Positions 28,015-38,032 of a stretch of 64,000 nt of DNA are shown here, piece after piece. Under the pieces are notes generated by a model. That model was given only the letters and a program-made list of their open reading frames with translations, searched no databases and was not told the DNA's origin. Positions within the stretch are counted from its first letter, which is position 1. Each line of letters begins with the position of its first letter. A program made the translations under genes and the position numbers. This stretch comes from Candidatus Ratteibacteria bacterium (GTDB lineage: Bacteria; Ratteibacteria; UBA8468; B48-G9; JAFGKM01): contig JBKBIN010000005.1 in assembly GCA_046296715.1 (NCBI GenBank), positions 3,621 to 67,620 on the forward strand, written 5' to 3'.

Positions 28015-28209
28015 TCATTTCAGTAAAAAGCCAAAAATTTTCTTTGATAATCTTAGTTGCAACAAAACTATAATAGATGTGATACTTATACCAAGTGCAC
28101 CTGAATTTTTACCTAATAAATTATTTAATGTTTCCTTGGGAACGAGATATAAGAAAATACTGACCAGAATCAAGACATTAAGAATCATTGGTAATATTCC
28201 TAAAAACAT
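28015..28209 (-). CDS. 64-aa membrane ORF, possibly the truncated N-terminus of a COG0701-type permease
   Basis: Hydrophobic, and LLGKNSGALGISITS resembles the region before the CSC motif of such permeases. No continuation is found downstream. Weak call. Confidence 0.25.
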   Translation of the reverse strand: MFLGILPMILNVLILVSIFLYLVPKETLNNLLGKNSGALGISITSIIVLLQLRLSKKIFGFLLK

Positions 28210-28626
28210 CTTTAACCCTTTTTATCCTATATAGTTTCTTTTTTCAGAATTAAAAAAATTATAGCACAGTAAATAAATACATACCAAATCTTCTATTTCA
28301 CTTTTTTGACTTAATAAAAAGCCATAGTATTCGCAATTTTGTTTTATCCTAAAGGGCTTTAAAAATATCGGAAATTTTATCTATTTTTAAAAAATAATGC
28401 TCAAAATCAGGTAATCTATAGATGAATTACTCTTGTATTCCTTGAATATCCTATCTTTCCAAATAGCAGTAAATAATTTTCCTATTTCCTTCTCAACTTC
28501 TCATTCTTTACACTAATAATCTTTCAAAAATTTGGATGGTATTACATAGTTCTCAAATTCTACGAAATTTTAAAATTTAGTAAAATTTGGGAAATTTAAG
28601 TATAATTTAACTAAAAGGTAAAAACT

Positions 28627-29718
28627 ATGAAAATATGTATACTTGCTGGAGAAAAATCGGGTGACAATTATGGTTCACTTTTATGTAGAAATTTTAAGAA
28701 ATTAAAGCCAGATATATTTATTTTTGGGACAGGTGGAGAAATGATGGAAAAAGAAGGAGCAAATTTAATAAAAGGTATACCTTTTGGATATATGGGTTTT
28801 TCAGGTATTATTAAAAAAATTTTCTCATATCTTTCTTCTTTAAAAAAAATCTTAAACGAGATAGAAAAACAAAATCCAGATATTATAATATTTATTGATA
28901 ATCCTGGTTTTAACCTTGAAATTGCAAAACGACTAAAAAGAAGATATAAAACCTGTTATTATATACCTCCTAAAATCTGGGCTCATAATTATAGAAGGGT
29001 AAAAATTTTGAAAAAATATATTGATTTTGTTATACCAATTTTTGAATTTGAAAAAGATATATATATGAAAGAAAATATTCCTGTATTTTATTTTGGACAT
29101 CCAGTTGTTGACCTTATAAATATTGGAGAAAAAAAAGAAAGTTTAATGGAAAATAGATATATAATAGGAATTTTGCCAGGAAGTAGGAGAGAGGAATTGA
29201 TATATAATTTACCTGTCATGAAAAAAATTTTGGAAAATTTGAAAGATGATTTAAATTTTAAAGTTTTGATATCTGCAATAAATGAAGAATTTAAAAAACT
29301 TATTTATATGTTTTTCAAAAACTCTAATTTTGAGTATGAAATAGAAAATGACCTTTATTCTATAATTCAAAATTCCAATCTTATTTTTGCAGTTTCAGGC
29401 ACAGTCAATCTTGAAGTTGCATACTTTAAAAAACCTATGATTGTATTTTATAAAACTTCTTTTTTAAATTATCTTTTGTGTAGATTAATTGTAAAAGTAA
29501 AGTTTATAAGTCCTGTTAATATAATTTTAAATGAAAAACTTTTTCCTGAGTATATCCAGAATTTTAAGGTAAAAGATGTCGTCAATGATATAATTGATAT
29601 AATAAAAGAAGGTGAAATTTACAAAAAACAGATGATAGGTTTTAAAAAAATTAGAGAACTTTTAGATAGAAAGAATGTAAGTGAAAAAATTTGTAGATTT
29701 ATTCTTGAAAGGAGTTAA
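28627..29718 (+). CDS. lpxB: Lipid-A-disaccharide synthase
   Basis: N-terminal ILAGEKSGDNYG motif; 363 aa. Confidence 0.85.
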   Translation: MKICILAGEKSGDNYGSLLCRNFKKLKPDIFIFGTGGEMMEKEGANLIKGIPFGYMGFSGIIKKIFSYLSSLKKILNEIEKQNPDIIIFIDNPGFNLEIAKRLKRRYKTCYYIPPKIWAHNYRRVKILKKYIDFVIPIFEFEKDIYMKENIPVFYFGHPVVDLINIGEKKESLMENRYIIGILPGSRREELIYNLPVMKKILENLKDDLNFKVLISAINEEFKKLIYMFFKNSNFEYEIENDLYSIIQNSNLIFAVSGTVNLEVAYFKKPMIVFYKTSFLNYLLCRLIVKVKFISPVNIILNEKLFPEYIQNFKVKDVVNDIIDIIKEGEIYKKQMIGFKKIRELLDRKNVSEKICRFILERS

Positions 29719-29721
29719 ATT

Positions 29722-31512
29722 TTGATAAAAGAGTATTTAAGATTAAGGAATTACATTAAAATATACTGGAAATATGTTTTAGTTGGTGGCATTCTTTCAA
29801 TTTTTTACATTATTTTAAATTTTTTATCATTTACTTCTGTCATTCCTCTGATAGATAGAATTCTTTCTAATAAAAAAATAACTCTTCCTGAAAATCTTCC
29901 AAGTTTTATCGGAATTAAAATTCAACCTTTAATTGAAAAAATTAATTCCTATCATCCCCTTGTAGTTTTAAAATATCTAATTCTTTTTATAGTTTTAACT
30001 TTTTTTCTTAAAGGTATTTGTTTTTATTTCAGTAACCTTTTTTTCAGATTGTTTTCAACAAAAATCCAGACAGATTTGAGAGATAAAGTATATACTAAAT
30101 TTTTAAATCTTTCTCTTGATTTCTATAATTATACTCAAACTGGAGAATTAACAACAAGGATTGTATATGATATAGGACTGCTTAATTATGTTTTTGAAAT
30201 ATTTTTTCCAGGTTTTATATTTCCAATCTTTCTTATAATAAGTTATCTTTCAATAATTTTTATAATTGACTGGCAGATGAGTATTGTTTCAATTTTAATA
30301 TATCCTGTAATACTTGTACCTGTTTCAAACTGGACAAAAAAGTTAAGAAATCTTGGGAGAAAAATTCAAGAAACATATGGTAGAATAGGGAATTTTATAA
30401 ATGAGAGTGTTTTTGGTCAGAGAATTATAAAAGCATATAACCTTGAAGAGAGGATGTTAAAAAAATTTAGAAAAGAAAATGAAAATATTTTCAAAACAAT
30501 TATGTCAATAAATAAAAGGATTTTATTAATTGAACCTTTTACTGATTTTTGTGGTGCAGTTGCAACTGGTCTAATTATATTTTACGCAGGAAATAAAATT
30601 CTTACTGGTGCAATTACTGCTGGTTTTTTATCACTTTTTTTCTTTGGCCTATTTTCAATAATAAGTCCTCTTAAAGGAGTTATGCAAACATATGCTCATA
30701 TAAAACATGCAAGTTCTGTTTTACCAAGAATTTTTTTCATCCTTGATTATAAAATACAGGTAAAGGATGAAGGTGAAAAAATTTTTGAAGGATTGAAAGA
30801 AAAAATTGAATTTAAAGATGTTTCCTTTTCATATAATTCCAATTTTGTTTTGAAAGATATAAATCTTGTTATCAAAAAAGGTGATAAAATAGGGATTATT
30901 GGAAAAACAGGTTCAGGCAAAAGTACTTTAGTAAGTTTATTAATTAGGTTTTTTGATCCAACAGAAGGAGAAATTTCAATAGATAGAGAAAATATAAAAA
31001 ATTTTAAACTTTCTTCATTGAGAAAACATATAGGTTATGTCTCACAGGACCCTATAATCTTTTATGGAACTGTAAAAGAAAATATAACTTTAGGAGAAAA
31101 TAATGACGAAAAATTTAAAGAAGTAATAGATATAGTTGGACTTTCAAAATTTGTAAATGAATTACCGGAAAAAGAAAATACAATAATTGGGGAAAGAGGA
31201 GTAAATTTATCAGGCGGACAGAAACAATTAATCTCAATAGCAAGGGCAATATATAGGAATCCTGAAATATTAATATTTGATGAAGCAACTGCCTCTCTTG
31301 ATAGTGAATCAGAAAAAATAGTTCAAAAAGCAATTGATAAAATAATGGAAGGAAGAACTGTTTTTATTGTTGCTCACAGATTGTCAACAATTAAAGAAGC
31401 AACAAAAATAGTTGTTCTTGAAAATGGAAAAATAGTTGAACAAGGAACCCATTCTGAATTATATGAAAAGAAAGGGCTTTACTACAAATTTTTAACTTTA
31501 CAGCAATTATAA
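29722..31512 (+). CDS. msbA: ABC transporter permease/ATPase, MsbA-like lipid exporter
   Basis: Six-TM domain plus an NBD (GKTGSGKST, LSGGQKQ, ILIFDEATASLD). Sits next to lpxB. TTG start. Confidence 0.75.
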   Translation: MIKEYLRLRNYIKIYWKYVLVGGILSIFYIILNFLSFTSVIPLIDRILSNKKITLPENLPSFIGIKIQPLIEKINSYHPLVVLKYLILFIVLTFFLKGICFYFSNLFFRLFSTKIQTDLRDKVYTKFLNLSLDFYNYTQTGELTTRIVYDIGLLNYVFEIFFPGFIFPIFLIISYLSIIFIIDWQMSIVSILIYPVILVPVSNWTKKLRNLGRKIQETYGRIGNFINESVFGQRIIKAYNLEERMLKKFRKENENIFKTIMSINKRILLIEPFTDFCGAVATGLIIFYAGNKILTGAITAGFLSLFFFGLFSIISPLKGVMQTYAHIKHASSVLPRIFFILDYKIQVKDEGEKIFEGLKEKIEFKDVSFSYNSNFVLKDINLVIKKGDKIGIIGKTGSGKSTLVSLLIRFFDPTEGEISIDRENIKNFKLSSLRKHIGYVSQDPIIFYGTVKENITLGENNDEKFKEVIDIVGLSKFVNELPEKENTIIGERGVNLSGGQKQLISIARAIYRNPEILIFDEATASLDSESEKIVQKAIDKIMEGRTVFIVAHRLSTIKEATKIVVLENGKIVEQGTHSELYEKKGLYYKFLTLQQL

Positions 31513-33579
31513 TTTATCTTCTGGTAAATCAAACTCTTCAAAACCAATTTTAAAAGCAGGTGAGTCCTTTTTTAATCTAAAATCAAATTTTTCTAAATTA
31601 TAAAATTTTGGGTCATCAATTAAAGAATTTATATCCATCATCTTTTCTTGCCATTCCTTAAAAGTATATTGTTTGCCTGTTCTATCAAAAAATTTTATTT
31701 CACCTTTTCCAATTTTCCAGTATAAATTTTTATCAAAGACAAAGTTAAAATCAAGCCCTCCTACAATCCATTCTTCAGTTTCTCCTACAACAATATTTTT
31801 TTCAAATGTAAATCTTTTATGTGGTTCAGGTCTTGTTAATTGAATCTGTTGATATTTTCCAAAAGCAAAGATATTATTCCTTACAATATTTTCTCTCCCA
31901 TAGTGTTGATGAAAGCCGCCATGAGTTGTATTATAAACTAAGTTTTTTTCAGCGATTATATATGAACTTCCCTCATCAAAATATATTCCCCACCCTCCAT
32001 ACCAGTATCCATAAATATCATGGAAAATATTATTAGAAATTAAAGTTTTTGGTTGTATTCCAAGAGTATATATTCCACCCATATCACTTAAAATTGGGCC
32101 ATCACCATTTGTTTTTTTACCTATATGGTGAACACAATTAAATTTAACAATATTTCCACCTGCAAGTGTTTTTCCATATCCCCATGTCCATCCAATACTT
32201 ATTCCAGTGTAATAAAAGTCATAAATATTATTATTCAAAATAAAATTATCGTAACTCTGTCCAATCCATATGCCAACTGCACTATGGAAGATTTTACCAC
32301 CATCTTTTATAATACATTTACTTATCTCATTTCCAAATGTTTGCAATTTTTTTTCTTCTCTTATAATTCTTTCTCCTATTTTAATTCCACCTGCTCCTAA
32401 ATCATAAATTTTACAGTTGATAATTTTGTTGTTTTGACATCCCTTCCCAAGTTCAATACCATAGTTTCCAATATGAGATATTTCACAGTTTTCAAATTTA
32501 CAGTTTCTCATTCCTTCACAATAAATGCTTCCCGGAACTTCTACACTTGCCTGAGCAAAACCACCAACATCTTTACCTCTTAAACTATTCTCAGGGAAAT
32601 ACCATTCAGTGTGAGAAAAAGTAAGATTGTAAAATTGAATATTTTCAACAAATTTATCTTCTTCTGGTTTACCAATAATTTTTATAACATTTTCAATTTT
32701 TGGGACAATAAATTCAAAATTTTTTTTAATTTTTTCAGGGAAGTAATATAATTTCTCATTCCCAAAATCAATATACCAGTTGTTTTTATCAAGAAATTGC
32801 AGTAAATTTTCAATATAATAAAGGTCGTCTTTCTGTGGTTTAAAAACAGTTCTTTTTTTAAATACAATAATTCCTTTATATTTATCAATTGATAAAATTG
32901 GTAATCTTGATTCAACCCATTTTGTCATCAATATAACTTCTCCATTTTTATATTCAATTAGATTTTCAATATCCTGTTTATTAAAAATTGCTTTATAAAC
33001 TCCCTCATTCCATTGTTTTTTTTCATCTTCTTCGCATAATCCATAAATTTTCAAATAACCTGTCTTTGGATATCTTGCTCTATCTGTCCTTTCTCCATTT
33101 ACCCATAAATTTCTAAATTTTTTCCCCTTTATTTCAAAAACAAAAACTTGATTTTGATTGATTTTGGTAATTTCCCAGTTTTCAAGTTTTTCGCCTCCAC
33201 TTATTACAACTTTCTCATTTTTATATGGCATTATGATAACAGGGAATTCAGAAGTTCCTGAATGTTGGTGATCTATCTCTATTGGTTTTTCAAGAAAATA
33301 TGTTCCACCTTTTATCATAATTACAACTGGTTTTTTTAAAGTCCCTTTGTTTTTCTGTTTTATATTTTTAATTTCATCTATGGCTCTCTGAATTGTTAAA
33401 AAAGGACCGTCATTTTTACTCCTTCTAACCAATCTTCCTGAAAAAGTATCATCACCATTTTTTGAAACATAAAGAACTTCACATTTTTTAATATCCATAT
33501 TTGCCTCCAGTTCCTTTTTACAAGAAAAAAGAAAAAATATGCTAAATACAATTATAAAACTTTTTCTCATATATTTCAT
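31507..33579 (-). CDS. Right-handed parallel beta-helix (pectate-lyase-fold) lipoprotein
   Basis: Lipobox FLFSCK and the N-terminal YVSKNGDD..GPFLTIQRAIDE motif. Repeated NNxI/GGxxI beta-helix turns. Confidence 0.7.
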   Translation of the reverse strand: MKYMRKSFIIVFSIFFLFSCKKELEANMDIKKCEVLYVSKNGDDTFSGRLVRRSKNDGPFLTIQRAIDEIKNIKQKNKGTLKKPVVIMIKGGTYFLEKPIEIDHQHSGTSEFPVIIMPYKNEKVVISGGEKLENWEITKINQNQVFVFEIKGKKFRNLWVNGERTDRARYPKTGYLKIYGLCEEDEKKQWNEGVYKAIFNKQDIENLIEYKNGEVILMTKWVESRLPILSIDKYKGIIVFKKRTVFKPQKDDLYYIENLLQFLDKNNWYIDFGNEKLYYFPEKIKKNFEFIVPKIENVIKIIGKPEEDKFVENIQFYNLTFSHTEWYFPENSLRGKDVGGFAQASVEVPGSIYCEGMRNCKFENCEISHIGNYGIELGKGCQNNKIINCKIYDLGAGGIKIGERIIREEKKLQTFGNEISKCIIKDGGKIFHSAVGIWIGQSYDNFILNNNIYDFYYTGISIGWTWGYGKTLAGGNIVKFNCVHHIGKKTNGDGPILSDMGGIYTLGIQPKTLISNNIFHDIYGYWYGGWGIYFDEGSSYIIAEKNLVYNTTHGGFHQHYGRENIVRNNIFAFGKYQQIQLTRPEPHKRFTFEKNIVVGETEEWIVGGLDFNFVFDKNLYWKIGKGEIKFFDRTGKQYTFKEWQEKMMDINSLIDDPKFYNLEKFDFRLKKDSPAFKIGFEEFDLPEDKL

Positions 33580-33608
33580 AATACACCTTGTGTGTATATT
33601 TTGAAAGG

Positions 33609-33636
33609 TTGACAGATTTATTAATTTTTATATAAT
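33609..33636 (+). promoter_or_regulatory. Consensus sigma-70 promoter for the ABC/GldG-like operon
   Basis: TTGACA (33609-33614), 16-nt spacer, TATAAT (33631-33636). Confidence 0.65.
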
Positions 33637-33662
33637 TTTTAGAAAAACAAAAAAGGAAGAAA

Positions 33663-34595
33663 ATGGTTGAGGCAAAAAATCTTACAAAGTATTATGGAAA
33701 AACGAAAGCAATAGAAAACGTTAGTTTTTTAGTTGAAAAGGGAGAAATAGTGGGACTTCTTGGTCCTAATGCTGCTGGTAAAACAACAATAATGAGAATT
33801 TTAACATGTTTTTTAACTCCAAGTTCAGGGACTGCAATAGTAAACGGATATGATATTCTTGAAAATCCTCTTTTTGTTCAGAAAAGTGTAGGGTATCTAC
33901 CTGAGAAAAATCCATTATATGAAGAATTTACTGTTAGTGAGTTTTTAAATTTTGTTTGTGAAATGAAAGGAATAGTAAAAAAAGATGAAAAAAAGAGAAG
34001 AATTTCAAAGGCACTGGAAGAATGTGGACTTTTAGAGGTTGAAAATAAAAGTATATACAAACTTTCAAAAGGATATAAACAGAGAGTAGGAATAGCACAG
34101 GCAATTTTAAATGACCCTCCAGTTTTAATACTTGATGAACCGACAATAGGCCTTGACCCAAAACAGATTATTGAAACAAGAAATTTAATAAAAAGTTTAG
34201 CAGGTAAAAGAACAATTTTTCTTTCAAGCCATATTTTACCAGAAGTAAGTATGGTTTGTGAAAGAGTTATTATTATAAATGAAGGGAAAATTGTCGCAAT
34301 TGATACAATTGAAAATTTGACAGCAAGGTTGAAAGGAGTAATTGAAATATATCTTGAAATTGATGGAGAAATTGAAAAAGTAAAGGCAGTTATTAAAAAT
34401 ATCCCTGGAGTAAAAAGTATAAATGTTATTTCTGCTGGAGAGGGGAAAGTGAATAGTTATAATATAATTGCAGAAAGAGATATAAGAAAAGAGATTTCAG
34501 AAAAAATTCTTATCAATAACTTTGGACTATTAAGTATGAGGATTAAAGAGATGTCTCTTGAAGATATTTTCTTAAAACTAACAACAAAGGAATAG
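33663..34595 (+). CDS. ABC transporter ATP-binding protein (GldA-like, ABC-2 type)
   Basis: Walker A GPNAAGKTT, signature LSKGYKQR, Walker B LILDEPT. Confidence 0.9.
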   Translation: MVEAKNLTKYYGKTKAIENVSFLVEKGEIVGLLGPNAAGKTTIMRILTCFLTPSSGTAIVNGYDILENPLFVQKSVGYLPEKNPLYEEFTVSEFLNFVCEMKGIVKKDEKKRRISKALEECGLLEVENKSIYKLSKGYKQRVGIAQAILNDPPVLILDEPTIGLDPKQIIETRNLIKSLAGKRTIFLSSHILPEVSMVCERVIIINEGKIVAIDTIENLTARLKGVIEIYLEIDGEIEKVKAVIKNIPGVKSINVISAGEGKVNSYNIIAERDIRKEISEKILINNFGLLSMRIKEMSLEDIFLKLTTKE

Positions 34596-34597
34596 AA

Positions 34598-35362
34598 ATG
34601 AAAGTATTGCCTGTTTTTAAAAAGGAAATTAAAAGCTATTTTATATCTCCAGTTGCCTATGTAGTTATTCTTATCTTTAATCTCATATGTGGTTTTATTT
34701 TTTATGCTTTAACTGCCTATTATTCAATTATTTCAATGAGATATTCATATTCACCCTATCCATATTTTACTCTTTCTCCAAATGAAATGGTTGCTCGACC
34801 TATGTTCCATAATATGGCTATAACATCTTTATTTGTACTTCCTCTTTTAACAATGAAATTATTTTCAGAAGAAAGGCGACTTGGGACAATAGAACTTTTA
34901 TTTACTTATCCTTTAAAAGATTCAGATATTTACTGGGGAAAATTTCTTGCCTGTTTTTCAGTTTTTATTATTATGACTTTGATACCATTTTCTTATATGT
35001 TTATTCTTGAAAAGTGGGTGAATTTTGACAAAGGTGTACTTTTAAATGGTTATCTTGGCATTCTTCTACTTGGCGGAAGTTTCATTTCTATTGGTATTTT
35101 AATCTCCTCCCTTACTGAAAGTCAGATTATTTCAGCAATTATAACTTTTGGAATTTCTTTACTTTTCTGGATTATAGGATGGATATCTGAAATTTTTACA
35201 AAATATTCAAAATTTTTTGATTTTATATCTCTCTATAACCATTATGAAAACTTTCCAAGAGGGATACTTGATACAAGAGATTTAATTTTCTATTTAAGTG
35301 TTTTGATTTTCTTTTCATTTTTAACATTGAGGATACTTATTTCAAAAAAATATAGGGGCTAA
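34598..35362 (+). CDS. ABC-2 type permease (GldF-like)
   Basis: 254 aa, six TM, immediately after the ATPase. Confidence 0.8.
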   Translation: MKVLPVFKKEIKSYFISPVAYVVILIFNLICGFIFYALTAYYSIISMRYSYSPYPYFTLSPNEMVARPMFHNMAITSLFVLPLLTMKLFSEERRLGTIELLFTYPLKDSDIYWGKFLACFSVFIIMTLIPFSYMFILEKWVNFDKGVLLNGYLGILLLGGSFISIGILISSLTESQIISAIITFGISLLFWIIGWISEIFTKYSKFFDFISLYNHYENFPRGILDTRDLIFYLSVLIFFSFLTLRILISKKYRG

Positions 35363-35363
35363 A

Positions 35364-36704
35364 ATGGTTGAAAAGAAATTTTTTTATAGAATTAATGCAT
35401 TTTTAATGGTTATAATCTTTCTTGCAATTGTTATATTTGTTAACCTTATTTCTGAGAAAAATTATAAAAGGATTGACTTGACAAAAAATAAAATCTATTC
35501 AATCTCGTCCCAGACAAAAAAAATCATTAGAAGCTTAAAACAACCTGTTGAAATAATTATTTTTTATAAAGAAAAAATAGACGAGAAAACAAAAGAGATT
35601 TTTGAGCAATATAGAACTAATTCAAAATTTATAAACTATAGATTTGCTGACCTTGATAGGGATGTTTTGCTTGCAAAAAAATATGGAATAACAAGTTATG
35701 ATACAATTTTAATAATGTCAGGAGATAAATATGAAAAAATTTATAGCCCAGATGAAAAAAATATAACTTCTACTATTTTAAAACTGATAAAAGAAGAAAA
35801 GAAAAAAATTTATTTTACAACAGGGCATAGAGAAAAAAGATTAGATGAAAAATTAAGTAGTTTAAAAGATTATCTTGAACAGGAGAACTACATAATAGGT
35901 GAAACATTAATATTAAGAGACGGCATTCCTGAAGATTGTGATATTCTTGTAATATGTGGGCCTGAAATTGATTTTGTTGATAAAGAAATTGAAGAGATAA
36001 ATAATTTCATAAATAGAGGAAAGAGATTACTTTTATTTTTAGAGCCAGGTAATTTTCCTGTTATAAAAAATTTCCTTAATTCTTATGGAATTAAAATTGA
36101 TAATGACATAATTATTGACCTTGCAAGCAGAAGATTTCTTGGAGACCCTTTAAGTCCATTGATCATTGATTATCCATATCACCAAATTACAAAAGAAATT
36201 TCAAATTCAGCATGTGTCTTTTCGTCTGTTAGAAGTGTAAGGTTAGAAGAAAATCTGCCACCAGACATTAAAGGTGATATTCTTGCGAAAACAAGTTCTG
36301 CATCATGGGCAGAAAAAAGTTTAAAAGAGATAGAAAAGGGTAAGGTTAAGTATGACGAAAATGATGAAAAAGGACCTATTCCTGTTGCTATTATTGTAGA
36401 GAAAGAGATAAAAGAAAAAGACCAAACAAAAAAATCTTATATTGCAGTTTTTGGTGATTCTGATTTTATTTCTGATAAAATGATAAATTTTTCTGCTAAT
36501 AAAGATTTTGTTTTAAATACAATTAACTATCTTGCAGAAGAGGATATATTAATTTCTATTAGAGAGAAAAAAGAGGAAAATCAACCATTAATTCTTACAG
36601 AAAAAGCAGGAAAGTTTCTATTCTTCTTACCTGTAGTTATAATTCCAGTTTTGATAATAATTTTAGGTGGATTTATTACATTTAGAAGAAAACTTATTTG
36701 CTGA
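35364..36704 (+). CDS. GldG-like ABC transporter auxiliary protein
   Basis: N- and C-terminal TM anchors flank a large periplasmic domain. Position after the GldA/GldF-like genes. Confidence 0.7.
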   Translation: MVEKKFFYRINAFLMVIIFLAIVIFVNLISEKNYKRIDLTKNKIYSISSQTKKIIRSLKQPVEIIIFYKEKIDEKTKEIFEQYRTNSKFINYRFADLDRDVLLAKKYGITSYDTILIMSGDKYEKIYSPDEKNITSTILKLIKEEKKKIYFTTGHREKRLDEKLSSLKDYLEQENYIIGETLILRDGIPEDCDILVICGPEIDFVDKEIEEINNFINRGKRLLLFLEPGNFPVIKNFLNSYGIKIDNDIIIDLASRRFLGDPLSPLIIDYPYHQITKEISNSACVFSSVRSVRLEENLPPDIKGDILAKTSSASWAEKSLKEIEKGKVKYDENDEKGPIPVAIIVEKEIKEKDQTKKSYIAVFGDSDFISDKMINFSANKDFVLNTINYLAEEDILISIREKKEENQPLILTEKAGKFLFFLPVVIIPVLIIILGGFITFRRKLIC

Positions 36705-36706
36705 AA

Positions 36707-38032
36707 ATGAAGATATTTAAAAAAACTTTGTTCCTTTTTATTATCTTAACTGTTGTGGTTATTTATTATTTTTATCAGAATAAAATTTCCTTGAAAAAGG
36801 AGAAAGAAGAAAAAAAAGTATTTATCTTTGAAAAAGATAAGATAAATTTTGTTTTACTAAAAAGTAAAGATAAAGAAATTGCAATTGAAAAGAATGAAAA
36901 TGGAAACTGGATTATAAAAGGTAAAAATTATGAATGTGATAGAAATGAAATAGAAAGTTTAATAAGTAAAATATCTTCACTTGAAATTGAAAGAAACATT
37001 GGAAATGTTGAAGATTTAAATATCTATGGACTTTTAAACCCTGAAAAAACAATAGAAATTCATTATGATGGAGAAAAACAAACACTTTATATAGGGGATG
37101 AAACACCATCTGGAAGTTATCTTTACACAACAAAAGATAAAAATGAGGTCTTTCTTGTATATAAATGGGATTTAAATAATATCCTTGAAAAAAATGAATT
37201 TGACTTAAGAGAAAAAAGGATAATTCCTACTGATATATATAAATCAGAAGTAGAAGAGATTGAAATAAAAAAAGAAAAGATTGTTTTCTTATTTAGAAAA
37301 TATGGAGAAAAATGGTATATTGAAAGTCCTGTAAAAGACCTTGCAAGTGAAGAAAAAGTTGAAAGGATAATTGAAAATTTAATAGACCAAAAAGTAAACT
37401 CATTTGAAGAAAAGAAAAATCAGAAAGAGTGTGGGCTTGAAAATCCCAAAATAATATTCAAAATAAAGGTAAGAGATAAAGAATATTTTGTATATTTTGG
37501 TAAAAAAGAACAGAATAAGTATTATTCTAAGAACTCATTAAAGCCATACATATTTCTTGTAGATGATAGAATAGTTGATGATATCCCTGAAAGTATAAAT
37601 GATTTAAGAGAAAGAAAAATATTTGATATAAATATTCCAGAGATTGTTGAATTTTCCATTGTAAAAAAAGATAAAGAGTTGAAAATCATAAAGGTAAAAG
37701 AAAAATATTATATTGAAAAAGACAGAAGTAAAAAAGTTTCAAAAGATAAGGTTGAGGACTTTTTGCATGACTTAAAAAATCTTGAAATTGATGAGTTTAT
37801 TGATTATTCAAAAGAAAAATTAAGTGAACTTTCTCTTTCTCAGCCATCTTTAAAAATAATTGTTAGGGATGAAAAATCTAAAACAGAAATTGATTGTGGG
37901 AAGAAAATAGAAGATAAAATATTCTGCTTTCATCCCAAAAGAAAAATTATATTTACAATTTCTTCTTCTGATTTTGAAAAGATTGACAAACAAGAGGAAT
38001 TTTTTATTGAACAAAAAGAAAAAGATAAATGA
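36707..38032 (+). CDS. DUF4340-like protein (usual partner of GldG-like proteins)
   Basis: N-terminal TM and a repeat-rich periplasmic body. I prefer the ATG at 36707 over the TTG at 36698. Confidence 0.55.
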   Translation: MKIFKKTLFLFIILTVVVIYYFYQNKISLKKEKEEKKVFIFEKDKINFVLLKSKDKEIAIEKNENGNWIIKGKNYECDRNEIESLISKISSLEIERNIGNVEDLNIYGLLNPEKTIEIHYDGEKQTLYIGDETPSGSYLYTTKDKNEVFLVYKWDLNNILEKNEFDLREKRIIPTDIYKSEVEEIEIKKEKIVFLFRKYGEKWYIESPVKDLASEEKVERIIENLIDQKVNSFEEKKNQKECGLENPKIIFKIKVRDKEYFVYFGKKEQNKYYSKNSLKPYIFLVDDRIVDDIPESINDLRERKIFDINIPEIVEFSIVKKDKELKIIKVKEKYYIEKDRSKKVSKDKVEDFLHDLKNLEIDEFIDYSKEKLSELSLSQPSLKIIVRDEKSKTEIDCGKKIEDKIFCFHPKRKIIFTISSSDFEKIDKQEEFFIEQKEKDK

